From: Acidobacteriota bacterium
GTDB lineage: Bacteria; Acidobacteriota; CAIWXX01
DNA: 64,000 bases
NCBI GenBank assembly: GCA_040755995.1
Contig: JBFMAF010000026.1
Span: 108,889-172,888, forward strand
Direction: 5' to 3'
In this document: in pieces, positions 30,367 to 39,538 of the stretch
Layout: each line of letters opens with the position of its first letter
How positions within the stretch are numbered: the stretch's first letter is position 1
The notes under the pieces: model-generated
Databases searched by the model: none
The model's input: the letters and a program-made list of their open reading frames with translations, nothing else
What the model was told of the DNA's origin: nothing
Position numbers and translations under genes: made by a program

Positions 30367-31080
30367 ATGGCATTCGAGGATATCCTGAGGGGCAGTTTTG
30401 GAAAAGTGCTCACGGAGACGAGTTTCGTCAAGAGGAGCTACAACACGCTCAAGGATCACGGGTTCACCGACGACAACTCGATCGCCTCGGTCTGCGTGTG
30501 CCGGGACGAGATTTCGCAGCCGATCCGCAGCGCGATTCGCAGTACGTGGGGCGAGGCGTTCAATCTGTCGAGCCTCGGCGCCATGTTCACCGCGGGCAAG
30601 ACGGGGCTGCGGGCCGCAATGAACCACTCGCCGCAGGTTGAGGGGAAGGAGCGGTACATCTTCTATATCCTGCCGCACATAGCGATCGACGAACAGGGGA
30701 CCGCGGGCTCCTACCGGCGCAGAGGCTCGCGGCTGTCCAGCGCGTGCGGCGCCTTGTGCCAGTTCCTGGCGGAGCTGAGGGAACGGCGGGTGCGCATCTT
30801 GATGGACGAGGAGGACGTCGAGGAGAGCCTACTCAAGCGGCGTCTCGTGAGAGAGATCCCATGGGGCGAGATACCCGAGCTGATCCCGCTCACCGAGATC
30901 GCCCGGCGGGTATCGCAGAGCGACCTCGAACACGCCTTGTACAAGGTGGTGGACTTCGCCACGAGCGATACGGCCGTCCTCACGGGCATCCAGATCCACG
31001 GGCCCGAATCGAACTATGTCGCGCCACGAGAATCATACTTGATACTGAACGGGCAGAGGCAGGAGCTAAGGCTGGTGTAA
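30367..31080 (+). CDS. LCIB/C-type (theta-class) carbonic anhydrase homolog
   Basis: VCRDE, LPHIAI, ACGAL Zn-ligand motifs; GIQIHG. Confidence 0.8.
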   Translation: MAFEDILRGSFGKVLTETSFVKRSYNTLKDHGFTDDNSIASVCVCRDEISQPIRSAIRSTWGEAFNLSSLGAMFTAGKTGLRAAMNHSPQVEGKERYIFYILPHIAIDEQGTAGSYRRRGSRLSSACGALCQFLAELRERRVRILMDEEDVEESLLKRRLVREIPWGEIPELIPLTEIARRVSQSDLEHALYKVVDFATSDTAVLTGIQIHGPESNYVAPRESYLILNGQRQELRLV

Positions 31081-31151
31081 GCAGTGCTGGCGCTGAGTCG
31101 ATACGCGCTGAGCTTGCACCGCCGGACGACTTCCAGAGGAGATAGTGAATC

Positions 31152-32957
31152 ATGCAGAAACGCGCTAATGATTGCGGCTGGCAGGTGGACTGTGAGAACG
31201 GCCGGAGGGAGAGCCCGTGCGGCTTCGGAGTGTCCTTGAGTGTTGCGATACTTCTCGCCCTGGCGGTGGGCGTAGGTCTCGGCTCAGGGGCCGAAGGCGG
31301 GCAGCCTGACGAGATTCTGCACATTTCCGGTACCGTGACCGATGCGCACAGGGAACCGGTGCGGGGAGCGCAGGTGATGATTCTCGTAGACAGCGCGCCT
31401 CAACAGCTGATGGTTGGGGAGGAGCTGGAGCTGTCCACCGAGACGTCTCCGCTCGGCTCCTACGTCGCCAAGGTCGTACTGCCTCCGGGACAGATCCACA
31501 CGGCGGGAATCGAGGTCGAGATAGCCAAGACCGCGTACACGCAGGTACGCATCGCGATCGAGAAGGAAGCCCTGGCGAGCAAAGGCGATGTCCACTACGC
31601 CGTTCTCGACGTGCAGCTGAAACGAGTGCTCGGGCCGGCCTTCTACCTTGCGACGGTGTTATTCCTGGTGGTCTACATCCTCATCTCCTTCGAGCTGCTC
31701 CACCGCACGATGGCTGCCATGCTCGGAGCTGCCATCATGCTGCTGGTGAGCTATACGGCCGGCACGCTCAACCCGGACTACTATCTCATATCTTTCGAAC
31801 GGGCCATGCGCGCGATAGACATGAACGTCGTATTTCTGTTGATGGGGATGATGATCATCGTGGGAGTGCTCAAGCACACCGGGGTCTTCCAGTGGTGCGC
31901 TTACATGAGCTTCAAGCTCGCACGCGGAAACGTGGCCGGCCTCGCTGTGATCTCCTGCATCTTCATCGCGGTGACTTCTGCGTTCCTGGACAACGTCACG
32001 ACGATGCTGCTCTATACACCGGTGCTGATCGAGATCTCGATCGCCCTCAAGATCTCGCCGCTGACGCTCCTCATCCCAGGAGTCATGGCATCCAACGTAG
32101 GGGGCACTACCACACTGATAGGCGACCCGCCGAACATCATGATCGGGTCGTATACCGGGCTCACATTCATGCAGTTCGTCCAGAACCTGACCCTGGTTTG
32201 TCTCGTCGCCATGGTCGCTCTGGCGGCGTACAACCATTTGTTCTACAAGAAGGCCTATCACGAGGGTCGGGTCGAGGACGTCGGAGCGTTCACGGCCTAT
32301 CTGAAGGAGGTCTACCAGATCACCGACAAGCGGCTCCTCGGATATGGCCTCATCATGATGGCGATCGTGATCGGCTTCTTCTTGACCCACGGGTTCTGGC
32401 ACATGGAGGTCTGCATACCGGCGCTCTTCGGTGCCGCTGCGATCTTTTCCTATGCCGTCCTGACGAAACGAGTGAAGATGCTCGATCTGATCGAGAAAGA
32501 CATCGAATGGACAACACTGCTCTTTTTCATCTTCCTGTTCATCATCGTGGGAGCGGTCGAGGAGGTAGGCTTGTTGGCCGTCATCGCGGACTGGGTCCTC
32601 TCACTCTCCGCGGGAAGCCTGGTGGCCGCTATCTGCCTGATCCTCTGGGTGTCGGCCATCATGAGCGCATTCGTCGACAACATCCCGTTCACCGCGACGA
32701 TGCTCCCCATCACCGCCTACCTCACGAAGGTGATCCCCGGCGCGGCGGAGTCGAACGTGCTGTGGTGGGCGCTTTCTCTCGGCGCATGCCTGGGGGGCAA
32801 CGGCACCATGATCGGCGCGAGTGCAAACGTCGTAACCATGGGCATCGCCGAAGGCGCCGGCCACCGGATCCGCTTCTTCGCTTTCATGAAGTACGCGTTC
32901 CTGTACATGTTGATCAGCGTTGCCATCGCCAACGTGTGGTTGCTGCTGTTCTACTGA
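31152..32957 (+). CDS. ArsB/NhaD-family (IT superfamily) transporter with N-terminal soluble beta domain
   Basis: SAFLDNVTT, GDPPNIMIG, SAFVDNIP, GGNGTMIGASAN. Confidence 0.9.
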   Translation: MQKRANDCGWQVDCENGRRESPCGFGVSLSVAILLALAVGVGLGSGAEGGQPDEILHISGTVTDAHREPVRGAQVMILVDSAPQQLMVGEELELSTETSPLGSYVAKVVLPPGQIHTAGIEVEIAKTAYTQVRIAIEKEALASKGDVHYAVLDVQLKRVLGPAFYLATVLFLVVYILISFELLHRTMAAMLGAAIMLLVSYTAGTLNPDYYLISFERAMRAIDMNVVFLLMGMMIIVGVLKHTGVFQWCAYMSFKLARGNVAGLAVISCIFIAVTSAFLDNVTTMLLYTPVLIEISIALKISPLTLLIPGVMASNVGGTTTLIGDPPNIMIGSYTGLTFMQFVQNLTLVCLVAMVALAAYNHLFYKKAYHEGRVEDVGAFTAYLKEVYQITDKRLLGYGLIMMAIVIGFFLTHGFWHMEVCIPALFGAAAIFSYAVLTKRVKMLDLIEKDIEWTTLLFFIFLFIIVGAVEEVGLLAVIADWVLSLSAGSLVAAICLILWVSAIMSAFVDNIPFTATMLPITAYLTKVIPGAAESNVLWWALSLGACLGGNGTMIGASANVVTMGIAEGAGHRIRFFAFMKYAFLYMLISVAIANVWLLLFY

Positions 32958-33030
32958 CCCCTGGGTCGCGGCGACGCGGTGAGGGTTCGTGGTTCCAGCC
33001 GGCCCCACACGGCGTCTCCGCCCCGGTCCC

Positions 33031-34224
33031 CTACGCCGCTACTTGCTTCAAGACGCGCTGCGTCACGCCGTAGATCTCGTCCGGTGTGAACGGCTTGGGC
33101 ATGTAGTCGGCCGCGCCCCTCTGGATCGCCTCCATCGCCGTGTCGATCGACGCAAAGCCGGTGACGATCACCACGGGTAGAGCCGGCCGGAGCTTTCGGA
33201 TGGTCGAGATCATCTCCAGCCCGTTGAGATCTTTCAGCTTCATGTCGAGCAGCACCAGAGAGAACTCCTCGGCCTGGATCCTTGCCAGTGCGTCGACACC
33301 GCCGAAAGACTCGGCGATCTGGTAGCCCTTGCGGGTCAAGCTCTTTCGAATGCTGTTGACGACCACAGCCTCATCGTCCACCACCAGGATCCTCGGGGCG
33401 CTCTCGGCCCGAACGACCTCCTCCCAGTGCCCGACGACAGGCATGTCCGAACGCCCCAGGGCCCTGGCGTACGACTCCGAAGTCGCCGCCGCCACTTCGG
33501 CGTATGAGAAGGGCATGTCTGCGTCGATGGGATCGGCAATCCAGGCCGCAAGGCTGTGCGACATCCCCTGCTTCTTGCGTTCGGCCACGACAACCGGGCA
33601 TTCCTCCTGCTCGCAGACTCCCTTCGTGCGCATACGCTTGCAGCTCCGGCTTCCCTTGAGGCAGTAGTCAGGTGCGATCGGCTTCAGAGGTGCTCGGGCA
33701 ACGGCCAGGTCGGAACGAGTGAGCTGTTCGAGGTAGGCGGGGGAGGTCGCCAGGGCCACCTCACGAGCGTCGAACGGCATATCGACGTCGATGATGCCCG
33801 CCGGAGGCAGCGAGTCGGGCTCGCTGAAGCACCGGCAGCCGCCAAGAGCCTCCTCGACAGCGTGCTCGAGCTCCTCGGGTGTAAACGGCTTGGCAACGTA
33901 GCCGGCCGCACCGAACTTGGCTGCCTCGACCGCCGAGGCGATAGACGCGTATCCGGTCACGATCAGCACGTTCGTCCCGGTAAACGAATCCTTCACGATC
34001 TTCAGCAATTCGATGCCGCCGGCCTGCGGCATCATCAGGTCCGCGATCACCAGATCGAATCTGTTCCCTCGACGTATCGCGTCAAGGGCCTCCTGCGCCG
34101 AAGCGACCTCCTGGACGGAATATCCCCTTCTCTTCAGAATCTTGCTGATGCTCCTGCATACATCCGGCTCGTCGTCCACGGCCAGTATGTTCTTGACTCC
34201 GGGAATCACCGTCGTGTCTTGCAT
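33031..34224 (-). CDS. Double receiver-domain protein with internal repeat and Cys cluster
   Basis: Two RECs (AVDDE/ADLMM; VVDDE/LDMKL); AAGGAGG before ATG 34224. Confidence 0.88.
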   Translation of the reverse strand: MQDTTVIPGVKNILAVDDEPDVCRSISKILKRRGYSVQEVASAQEALDAIRRGNRFDLVIADLMMPQAGGIELLKIVKDSFTGTNVLIVTGYASIASAVEAAKFGAAGYVAKPFTPEELEHAVEEALGGCRCFSEPDSLPPAGIIDVDMPFDAREVALATSPAYLEQLTRSDLAVARAPLKPIAPDYCLKGSRSCKRMRTKGVCEQEECPVVVAERKKQGMSHSLAAWIADPIDADMPFSYAEVAAATSESYARALGRSDMPVVGHWEEVVRAESAPRILVVDDEAVVVNSIRKSLTRKGYQIAESFGGVDALARIQAEEFSLVLLDMKLKDLNGLEMISTIRKLRPALPVVIVTGFASIDTAMEAIQRGAADYMPKPFTPDEIYGVTQRVLKQVAA

Positions 34225-34278
34225 TGCTGCCTCCTTGATGTTGCTCTTGGTCATCTGCGTGGTCTCACCATCCCTAGG

Positions 34279-34294
34279 TGCAAACCCGATGCCA
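34279..34294 (-). promoter_or_regulatory. sigma54 -24/-12 promoter
   Basis: TGGCAT-CGGGT-TTGCA upstream of ATG 34224. Confidence 0.8.
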
Positions 34295-34401
34295 GCTTGG
34301 GCAGCGATCACACGCCGGCTGCAATGTAGCAGCTAGGTCTGTTGAGTCAGTGAGTTGGCACGAAGCTGGTGGACTCGACCGAGCATCCCGTAGCACACCC
34401 G

Positions 34402-34535
34402 GTGCATGCGGGCCGCATGCAGCATCCGCGGTTGTATCTGCCTTCGATCCGCTCGGGCCGCTGGGCAGGCCGGTAGTGCGGCACATCGTGAGGGTGCATA
34501 CATCCGGCATGCACGTGAATACCGAAAGCATGCAC
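34402..34535. promoter_or_regulatory. Three 21-bp quasi-palindromes, candidate UAS
   Basis: GTGCATGCGGGCCGCATGCAG (34402), GTGCATACATCCGGCATGCAC (34494), GTGAATACCGAAAGCATGCAC (34515). Confidence 0.6.
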
Positions 34536-34771
34536 TCGGCCATGCCCCGGGTGGCACCCGCCGGGACACACCTTTGCGTCGATCCGAAAGCTCCGAGTTG
34601 GGCGATTTCGTAGTTTTTCGGAACCTCTTTCGTGACTTCTTGGAGGCGATGGGCGAGAACATGAGTGGATATGAACTCGGCTGCCTGAACTGCTTGCAGC
34701 TGGGCCGGTTCGAAGGAGGGAGCATGGCGAACTCAGGATGGACACTGACATCGCGCAGCAAGGAGGAGGCC

Positions 34772-36538
34772 GTGATTCGAGTGCACATAGGTCTGGCAGG
34801 GGCCCTCATTGTCGGAGGCAGCATGATTCTGGCTGCCGGGATGGCGAACGCCGGGGCCGCGGCGATCAACTGGGAGCTGAAGACTCCGGCCGCATCGCCA
34901 CCCGCCCGGTATCAGCACTCGATGGCATACGATGCGGCCCGGGGTCAGCTCGTCCTGTTCGGGGGATATGCGCATCCTGCCGCTTTGGGCGATACCTGGG
35001 TGTGGGACGGCTCGAACTGGACGCAGAAGAGCCCACCGTCATGGCCATCAGCCCGGTTTACCCATGCCATGGCGTACGACGCGGCCCGGGGTCAGGTTGT
35101 CCTCTTCGGGGGATACGACGGCGCGAGCAGCTTCAACGACACCTGGGTGTGGGACGGGTCAACGTGGACGCAGAAGACTCCGGCGGCTTCCCCGCCGGCT
35201 CGATTTCTTCACGCCATGACATACGACGCGGCCCGCGGCCAGGTGGTTCTCTTCGGCGGCCACGAAAGCGGCTTCCTGGCGGATACCTGGGTCTGGGACG
35301 GCTCGAACTGGGCTCAGAAGAAGGGGCCCACACCGGGGCCGTCGGCCCGGTGCGGGCATGCAATCGCATACGATGCGGCCCGCAGCCAGGTCGTCCTCTT
35401 CGGAGGCGAAGACGGCGGGAGCCGTCTCAACGATACTTGGGTCTGGAACGGTTCCACGTGGACCCAGAAGACCACAGCCTCGCCAGCGATTCGAAACAAC
35501 CACGCCATGGCCTATGACGGAGCCCGAGGTGAGGTGGTCCTTTTCGGTGGAGGAGGCCAAACCTACCTGGGCGATACATGGGCTTGGGACGGCTCCGCGT
35601 GGAATCAAGAAAATCCAGCGGCTTCGCCCTCGGCCCGGTACCAGCATGCCATGGCCTATGACGCCGCCCGCGGGCGGCTTGTCCTTTTTGGGGGATGGGA
35701 CGGCTCCGCCTACAGGGACGACACCTGGGTGACGTCTGCGTCCTGTGGCACGATCACGGTAGCGCCGGCAGGGATGCCGGGGGCGATCGCCGGGCAGTTC
35801 TTTCAAGAGACTGTATCCGCGACCGGCGGCAACGCTCCGTATGGCTACGCGATGACCGCAGGCACCCCGCCGCCCGGGATGGGATTCGATACGGTGACCG
35901 GCGTCCTGTCGGGCACGTGCGGTGCTGCCGGCGACTACAGCTTCACGATCACCGCGACTGACTCGTGGGGATGCACGGGCAGCCGTGTATACACACTGAC
36001 AGTGTCGTCAGGCTGCGTCCAGCCTTTCATCATTCTGCAGCCCACGAGCAAGACCGTCGTCAGTGGGCAGCAAGTGTTGATCGAGGTCATCACCGGTGGC
36101 ACAGACCCGATGAATTTCCAATGGTACGAGGGAGCCAGCGGGGATACCGGCGCTCCGGTCAGCGGGGCCATCACCGACTTGCTATTGACGCCGGCGCTCA
36201 CCACGACAACGAACTACTGGTTGCGCATCGGCAACACCTGCGGGACAGTCGACAGCGCCACCATTACAGTCACCGTGACCAGCGCCGGTCCGACGATCAC
36301 CAGGATCAAGTCGAAGACCAGCAAGCCCGGCAGCAGCGCGACGATCTACGGTGCAGGCTTCAGTGCGACCCCCTCGCAGAACACCGTCTACTTCGGCAAG
36401 AAGAAGGCCGCCGTAAAGAAGGCAAGAGCGACGAGCCTGCAGGTAACGATCCCGAGCAAAGCCAAGAAGGGCAGCGTAGGCGTCTATGTCGTCGTGAACG
36501 GCAAGAATAGCAACACCGTGCAGTTCACGGTGAAGTGA
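34772..36538 (+). CDS. Secreted six-bladed kelch propeller + Ig + IPT/TIG protein
   Basis: Six HxMxYDAARGxxVLFGG...DTW repeats; GTG start after AGGAGGAGG (alternative ATG 34724). Confidence 0.9.
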   Translation: MIRVHIGLAGALIVGGSMILAAGMANAGAAAINWELKTPAASPPARYQHSMAYDAARGQLVLFGGYAHPAALGDTWVWDGSNWTQKSPPSWPSARFTHAMAYDAARGQVVLFGGYDGASSFNDTWVWDGSTWTQKTPAASPPARFLHAMTYDAARGQVVLFGGHESGFLADTWVWDGSNWAQKKGPTPGPSARCGHAIAYDAARSQVVLFGGEDGGSRLNDTWVWNGSTWTQKTTASPAIRNNHAMAYDGARGEVVLFGGGGQTYLGDTWAWDGSAWNQENPAASPSARYQHAMAYDAARGRLVLFGGWDGSAYRDDTWVTSASCGTITVAPAGMPGAIAGQFFQETVSATGGNAPYGYAMTAGTPPPGMGFDTVTGVLSGTCGAAGDYSFTITATDSWGCTGSRVYTLTVSSGCVQPFIILQPTSKTVVSGQQVLIEVITGGTDPMNFQWYEGASGDTGAPVSGAITDLLLTPALTTTTNYWLRIGNTCGTVDSATITVTVTSAGPTITRIKSKTSKPGSSATIYGAGFSATPSQNTVYFGKKKAAVKKARATSLQVTIPSKAKKGSVGVYVVVNGKNSNTVQFTVK

Positions 36539-36543
36539 GGCGC

Positions 36544-38655
36544 TCAGAAGTCGATGCCTTCGACGGCGTAGATAGAGGAGACGCCGTGGCTCACGAGCAA
36601 CGCAATGGGTGCGCCTGCGCGAGCGATGTCGAGGTCCTCCACGACGAAGTCCGCTTCCGGCGGGCGCACACGAACTGGCTGGCCGCCGTCGAGGGTTACT
36701 CTCCAGATCCCCGACATGTCCAGGAACCGCGCGAAGAGCAGACTCTCACCTGATGGTTCCCATACGGGGAACTGGCCGTCAGGCGAGAGGCGCCGCGGGC
36801 TTCCGCCGAATGCATCGACCACCCACAGTCCGCAGCTCCTGGTGTCCTCGGGCCGATACGCGCCGCTCCAGGCGATTCTCCTGCCGTCAGGGGACCAGCG
36901 GACCCCCTCGATCCGCGGCGATACGGCGAGGACTCTCTCCTGATTGCTCCTCAGGTCGATAACGGCGAGCTCCCACTCCGAATCCGCGTGACGGGCCGCG
37001 GCGAGCGATGCGCCATCCGGGGAGATGTCGGGCCAATCCCAGCCTCGATCGCCGGCGGTAAGTCTGGCCGGCATGCCGCCACCCGGGGAGAGTCTCCAGA
37101 CCTGGCGCACACCGCCATCGGCCGGAGCCGCGAGAAGCAACAGATCGCCGTCGCGGGTCCATCTGACTCTCCACACGCTCATATCTGTGATCTGACGGCG
37201 CTCCTGTGTGGTGGTATCGAGCACGCTGAGTGTCGGGCCGACTGCACCGGTCCGCGAAATGACTGCGATCAGCCGGCCGTCGGGAGACACGGATGCCGCC
37301 TGCAGATCCTCGGAGCGGAGAAGGGGCGAGGCGGGTGCCTTCAAATCGCGCCCGAGCTGCACCTCATGCGCTCCTCGCGAGCACGAGAACGCGACGGCGC
37401 GCCCATCGGGCGACACGGTGGGACTGGCGATGTTGCCCGGACCGGCCGTGATTTCGGCCGCGGGGCCGCCAGCCGCCGCTACACGCCACAGGTTCATGGC
37501 TCCGCTCAGATCGCTGGCGAAAACAATCCACCGCGAATCAGGTGCCCACGCGAGCCCGTATAGCTGGCTCCCGCGATCTGTCAGCTGACGGCGTTCCGAT
37601 GCATCCGGTCGGACGACATAGAGATGTCCCTTTCCGCCTTCGGGGTCGCTGGTCGCATACGCGATCCAGCGCCCGTCAGGTGACCAGCGAGGCCAGTGGC
37701 CGTGTTCGGCAACTTCGATCTCCCTGCCGTCCGAGCGCAGCACTCGGATCGCAGTGCCGGCGGCACCCACGAATGCGCATGCAATTGCCGAGCCGTCTGG
37801 AGACGGACTCGCTGCGGAGGCTCGCGCGAACATGACGTGTGGCGTCCCACCTACCACAGGCACGGCCCAGACGTCCGGAACCGTGTCCCCCTCGCGGCCC
37901 TGCCTGTAGCTCGTGAACATCGCGAGGTCTCCATCGGTGGAGAAGGTTGGAGCGGGCCCGCGCACTTCGATCGTCTGGGTGAGCTGCAATGGCGCGCCGC
38001 CCCCGGGCCTCACGAGAAAGAGCGAATGCACGCCGGTGCTCGGATCCGGAGCGACCACCAGCATCGACTTGCCGTCGGGCGAGTACGCTGGCTTGACCAT
38101 GCCACGAGGCTCCGACAGGAGTTCACGAAAGCGTTTGCTGTCCCCGGGTTGCTGAGCGCCCACCGCTGAAGGCCTCGGCGCTCTCTCAGGCAACAATCCC
38201 ACGACGAGGAGGCCCGTTACAACCACCGCTCCCAACCCCGCAGCCCATAACGTGCGCCTGATAGACCGGTGTGGCGGCGCACTTCTATTGTCACTCTGCT
38301 CAGACGCGGGCGGTACCGGCCCTGTTCCCTCTGAGTCCGAAACCTCCACTGGCGCAATGAACCGGTAACCCCGCCGGTGGACTGTCTGCACGAACCTTGG
38401 GTCCTTTGCGTCATCGCCGAGGACGGAGCGAATCTCGCCGATGGCCTGCACCAGATTGTCATCGACCACCGCTACCCCGGCCCAGACCTTCTCGAAGATC
38501 GTCTGCTTCTCGACCAATGAGCCGCTGTTCTCGAGAAGCAGCACGAGTACGGAGAACGCACGGTTCGTCAGCAAGACGAGGCTGCCTTGCTTCGTCAACC
38601 GCCGCTGCTCGCGGTCGAGAACAAACGCGCCGAATCTGTAGAAGGATCCCGCCAT
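36544..38655 (-). CDS. CadC-like winged-helix + TM + TolB-like (PD40) propeller regulator
   Basis: YRFGAFVLD...FVQTVHRRGYRF; TM helix; many SPDG repeats. Confidence 0.9.
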   Translation of the reverse strand: MAGSFYRFGAFVLDREQRRLTKQGSLVLLTNRAFSVLVLLLENSGSLVEKQTIFEKVWAGVAVVDDNLVQAIGEIRSVLGDDAKDPRFVQTVHRRGYRFIAPVEVSDSEGTGPVPPASEQSDNRSAPPHRSIRRTLWAAGLGAVVVTGLLVVGLLPERAPRPSAVGAQQPGDSKRFRELLSEPRGMVKPAYSPDGKSMLVVAPDPSTGVHSLFLVRPGGGAPLQLTQTIEVRGPAPTFSTDGDLAMFTSYRQGREGDTVPDVWAVPVVGGTPHVMFARASAASPSPDGSAIACAFVGAAGTAIRVLRSDGREIEVAEHGHWPRWSPDGRWIAYATSDPEGGKGHLYVVRPDASERRQLTDRGSQLYGLAWAPDSRWIVFASDLSGAMNLWRVAAAGGPAAEITAGPGNIASPTVSPDGRAVAFSCSRGAHEVQLGRDLKAPASPLLRSEDLQAASVSPDGRLIAVISRTGAVGPTLSVLDTTTQERRQITDMSVWRVRWTRDGDLLLLAAPADGGVRQVWRLSPGGGMPARLTAGDRGWDWPDISPDGASLAAARHADSEWELAVIDLRSNQERVLAVSPRIEGVRWSPDGRRIAWSGAYRPEDTRSCGLWVVDAFGGSPRRLSPDGQFPVWEPSGESLLFARFLDMSGIWRVTLDGGQPVRVRPPEADFVVEDLDIARAGAPIALLVSHGVSSIYAVEGIDF

Positions 38656-38993
38656 GCACCACTGCCCAGTTTCAGAGCTGCACGAATCATAGCACAGGCG
38701 TGAGCCCGCGTGGCATCGCCCGGCGCTGACGCATGAGGGGTGACGGCGGGGTTCGCGCGGGCTGCTCCGATTGGTGCCTGGGACAAGCCGAGGCAGATGC
38801 ACGGAATCCGAGGGCCTCGTAGTGGTACGAAAGCCATCTCGGAACCTCCCGCGCAGACGGGTTCACTCCTACTATGGTTCGGCGTTGCGTGCTCGACGCC
38901 GATCGAACATAATGAAAGAAGCCTCAAGGTGGATTGGGTGAAGACGCGTTGTGATGCCAGGAGCACCGCGGCAATGCAATGGAGGAGACGGCG

Positions 38994-39455
38994 ATGAAGA
39001 TGCCTGCAGCAGCGACGACGATCAAGCGGAGCCGAGCGCTCCGGCGCACGCGATTCAATGAGTCCGACTTGCCTCTGGAGGTCCGGGACTTGAGGCGTAG
39101 GTTTCGCGAGTGGCACGAGAGTAGTGGCAACAGAGCAAAACGCATGGCATACATCCGAAGACTCACGAAGAGAATTGCCGAAGCATGCGGGCCGGAGGGA
39201 ATCATCCTGTTCGGCTCATTTGCGTGCGGGAACCCGACGCCCGAGTCCGATGTGGACCTGCTGATCGTCATGGACTACGAAGGCAGCCCGCTCGAACAGA
39301 TGCAGAGAATTCGCAGGGATCTGGATCTGGTAGCGCCGGTTGACCTGCTGGTGCGCAGTCCAACAGAAGTCCGTGACAGAGTCGAGGACGGAGATATGTT
39401 CATGATCGACATACTGAGGCGCGGCAAGGTCTTGTATGAAGCAAAGCACGATTGA
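38994..39455 (+). CDS. Minimal nucleotidyltransferase (MNT antitoxin)
   Basis: IILFGSFACG...SDVDLLIV; start uncertain. Confidence 0.85.
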   Translation: MKMPAAATTIKRSRALRRTRFNESDLPLEVRDLRRRFREWHESSGNRAKRMAYIRRLTKRIAEACGPEGIILFGSFACGNPTPESDVDLLIVMDYEGSPLEQMQRIRRDLDLVAPVDLLVRSPTEVRDRVEDGDMFMIDILRRGKVLYEAKHD

Positions 39456-39501
39456 GTGGATTCAGAAAGCAGAAGGAGATTGGGAGATGGCTCAGCGGGC
39501 C
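39436..39501 (+). pseudogene. HEPN-domain toxin, N-terminal remnant
   Basis: MKQSTIEWIQKAEGDWEMAQRA overlapping the MNT end; similarity lost after about 22 codons. Confidence 0.7.
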
Positions 39502-39538
39502 GGGCGCGGGCGCGGCATCTACGGGACGCGGCACGCGC

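Noticed and set aside
34356..34371. Plus-strand sigma54 promoter for the kelch gene
   Set aside because: TGGCAC is present but the -12 element reads TGGT rather than TTGC
34860..35730. DNA repeat array or DGR template
   Set aside because: These are coding kelch repeats; no reverse transcriptase in the window
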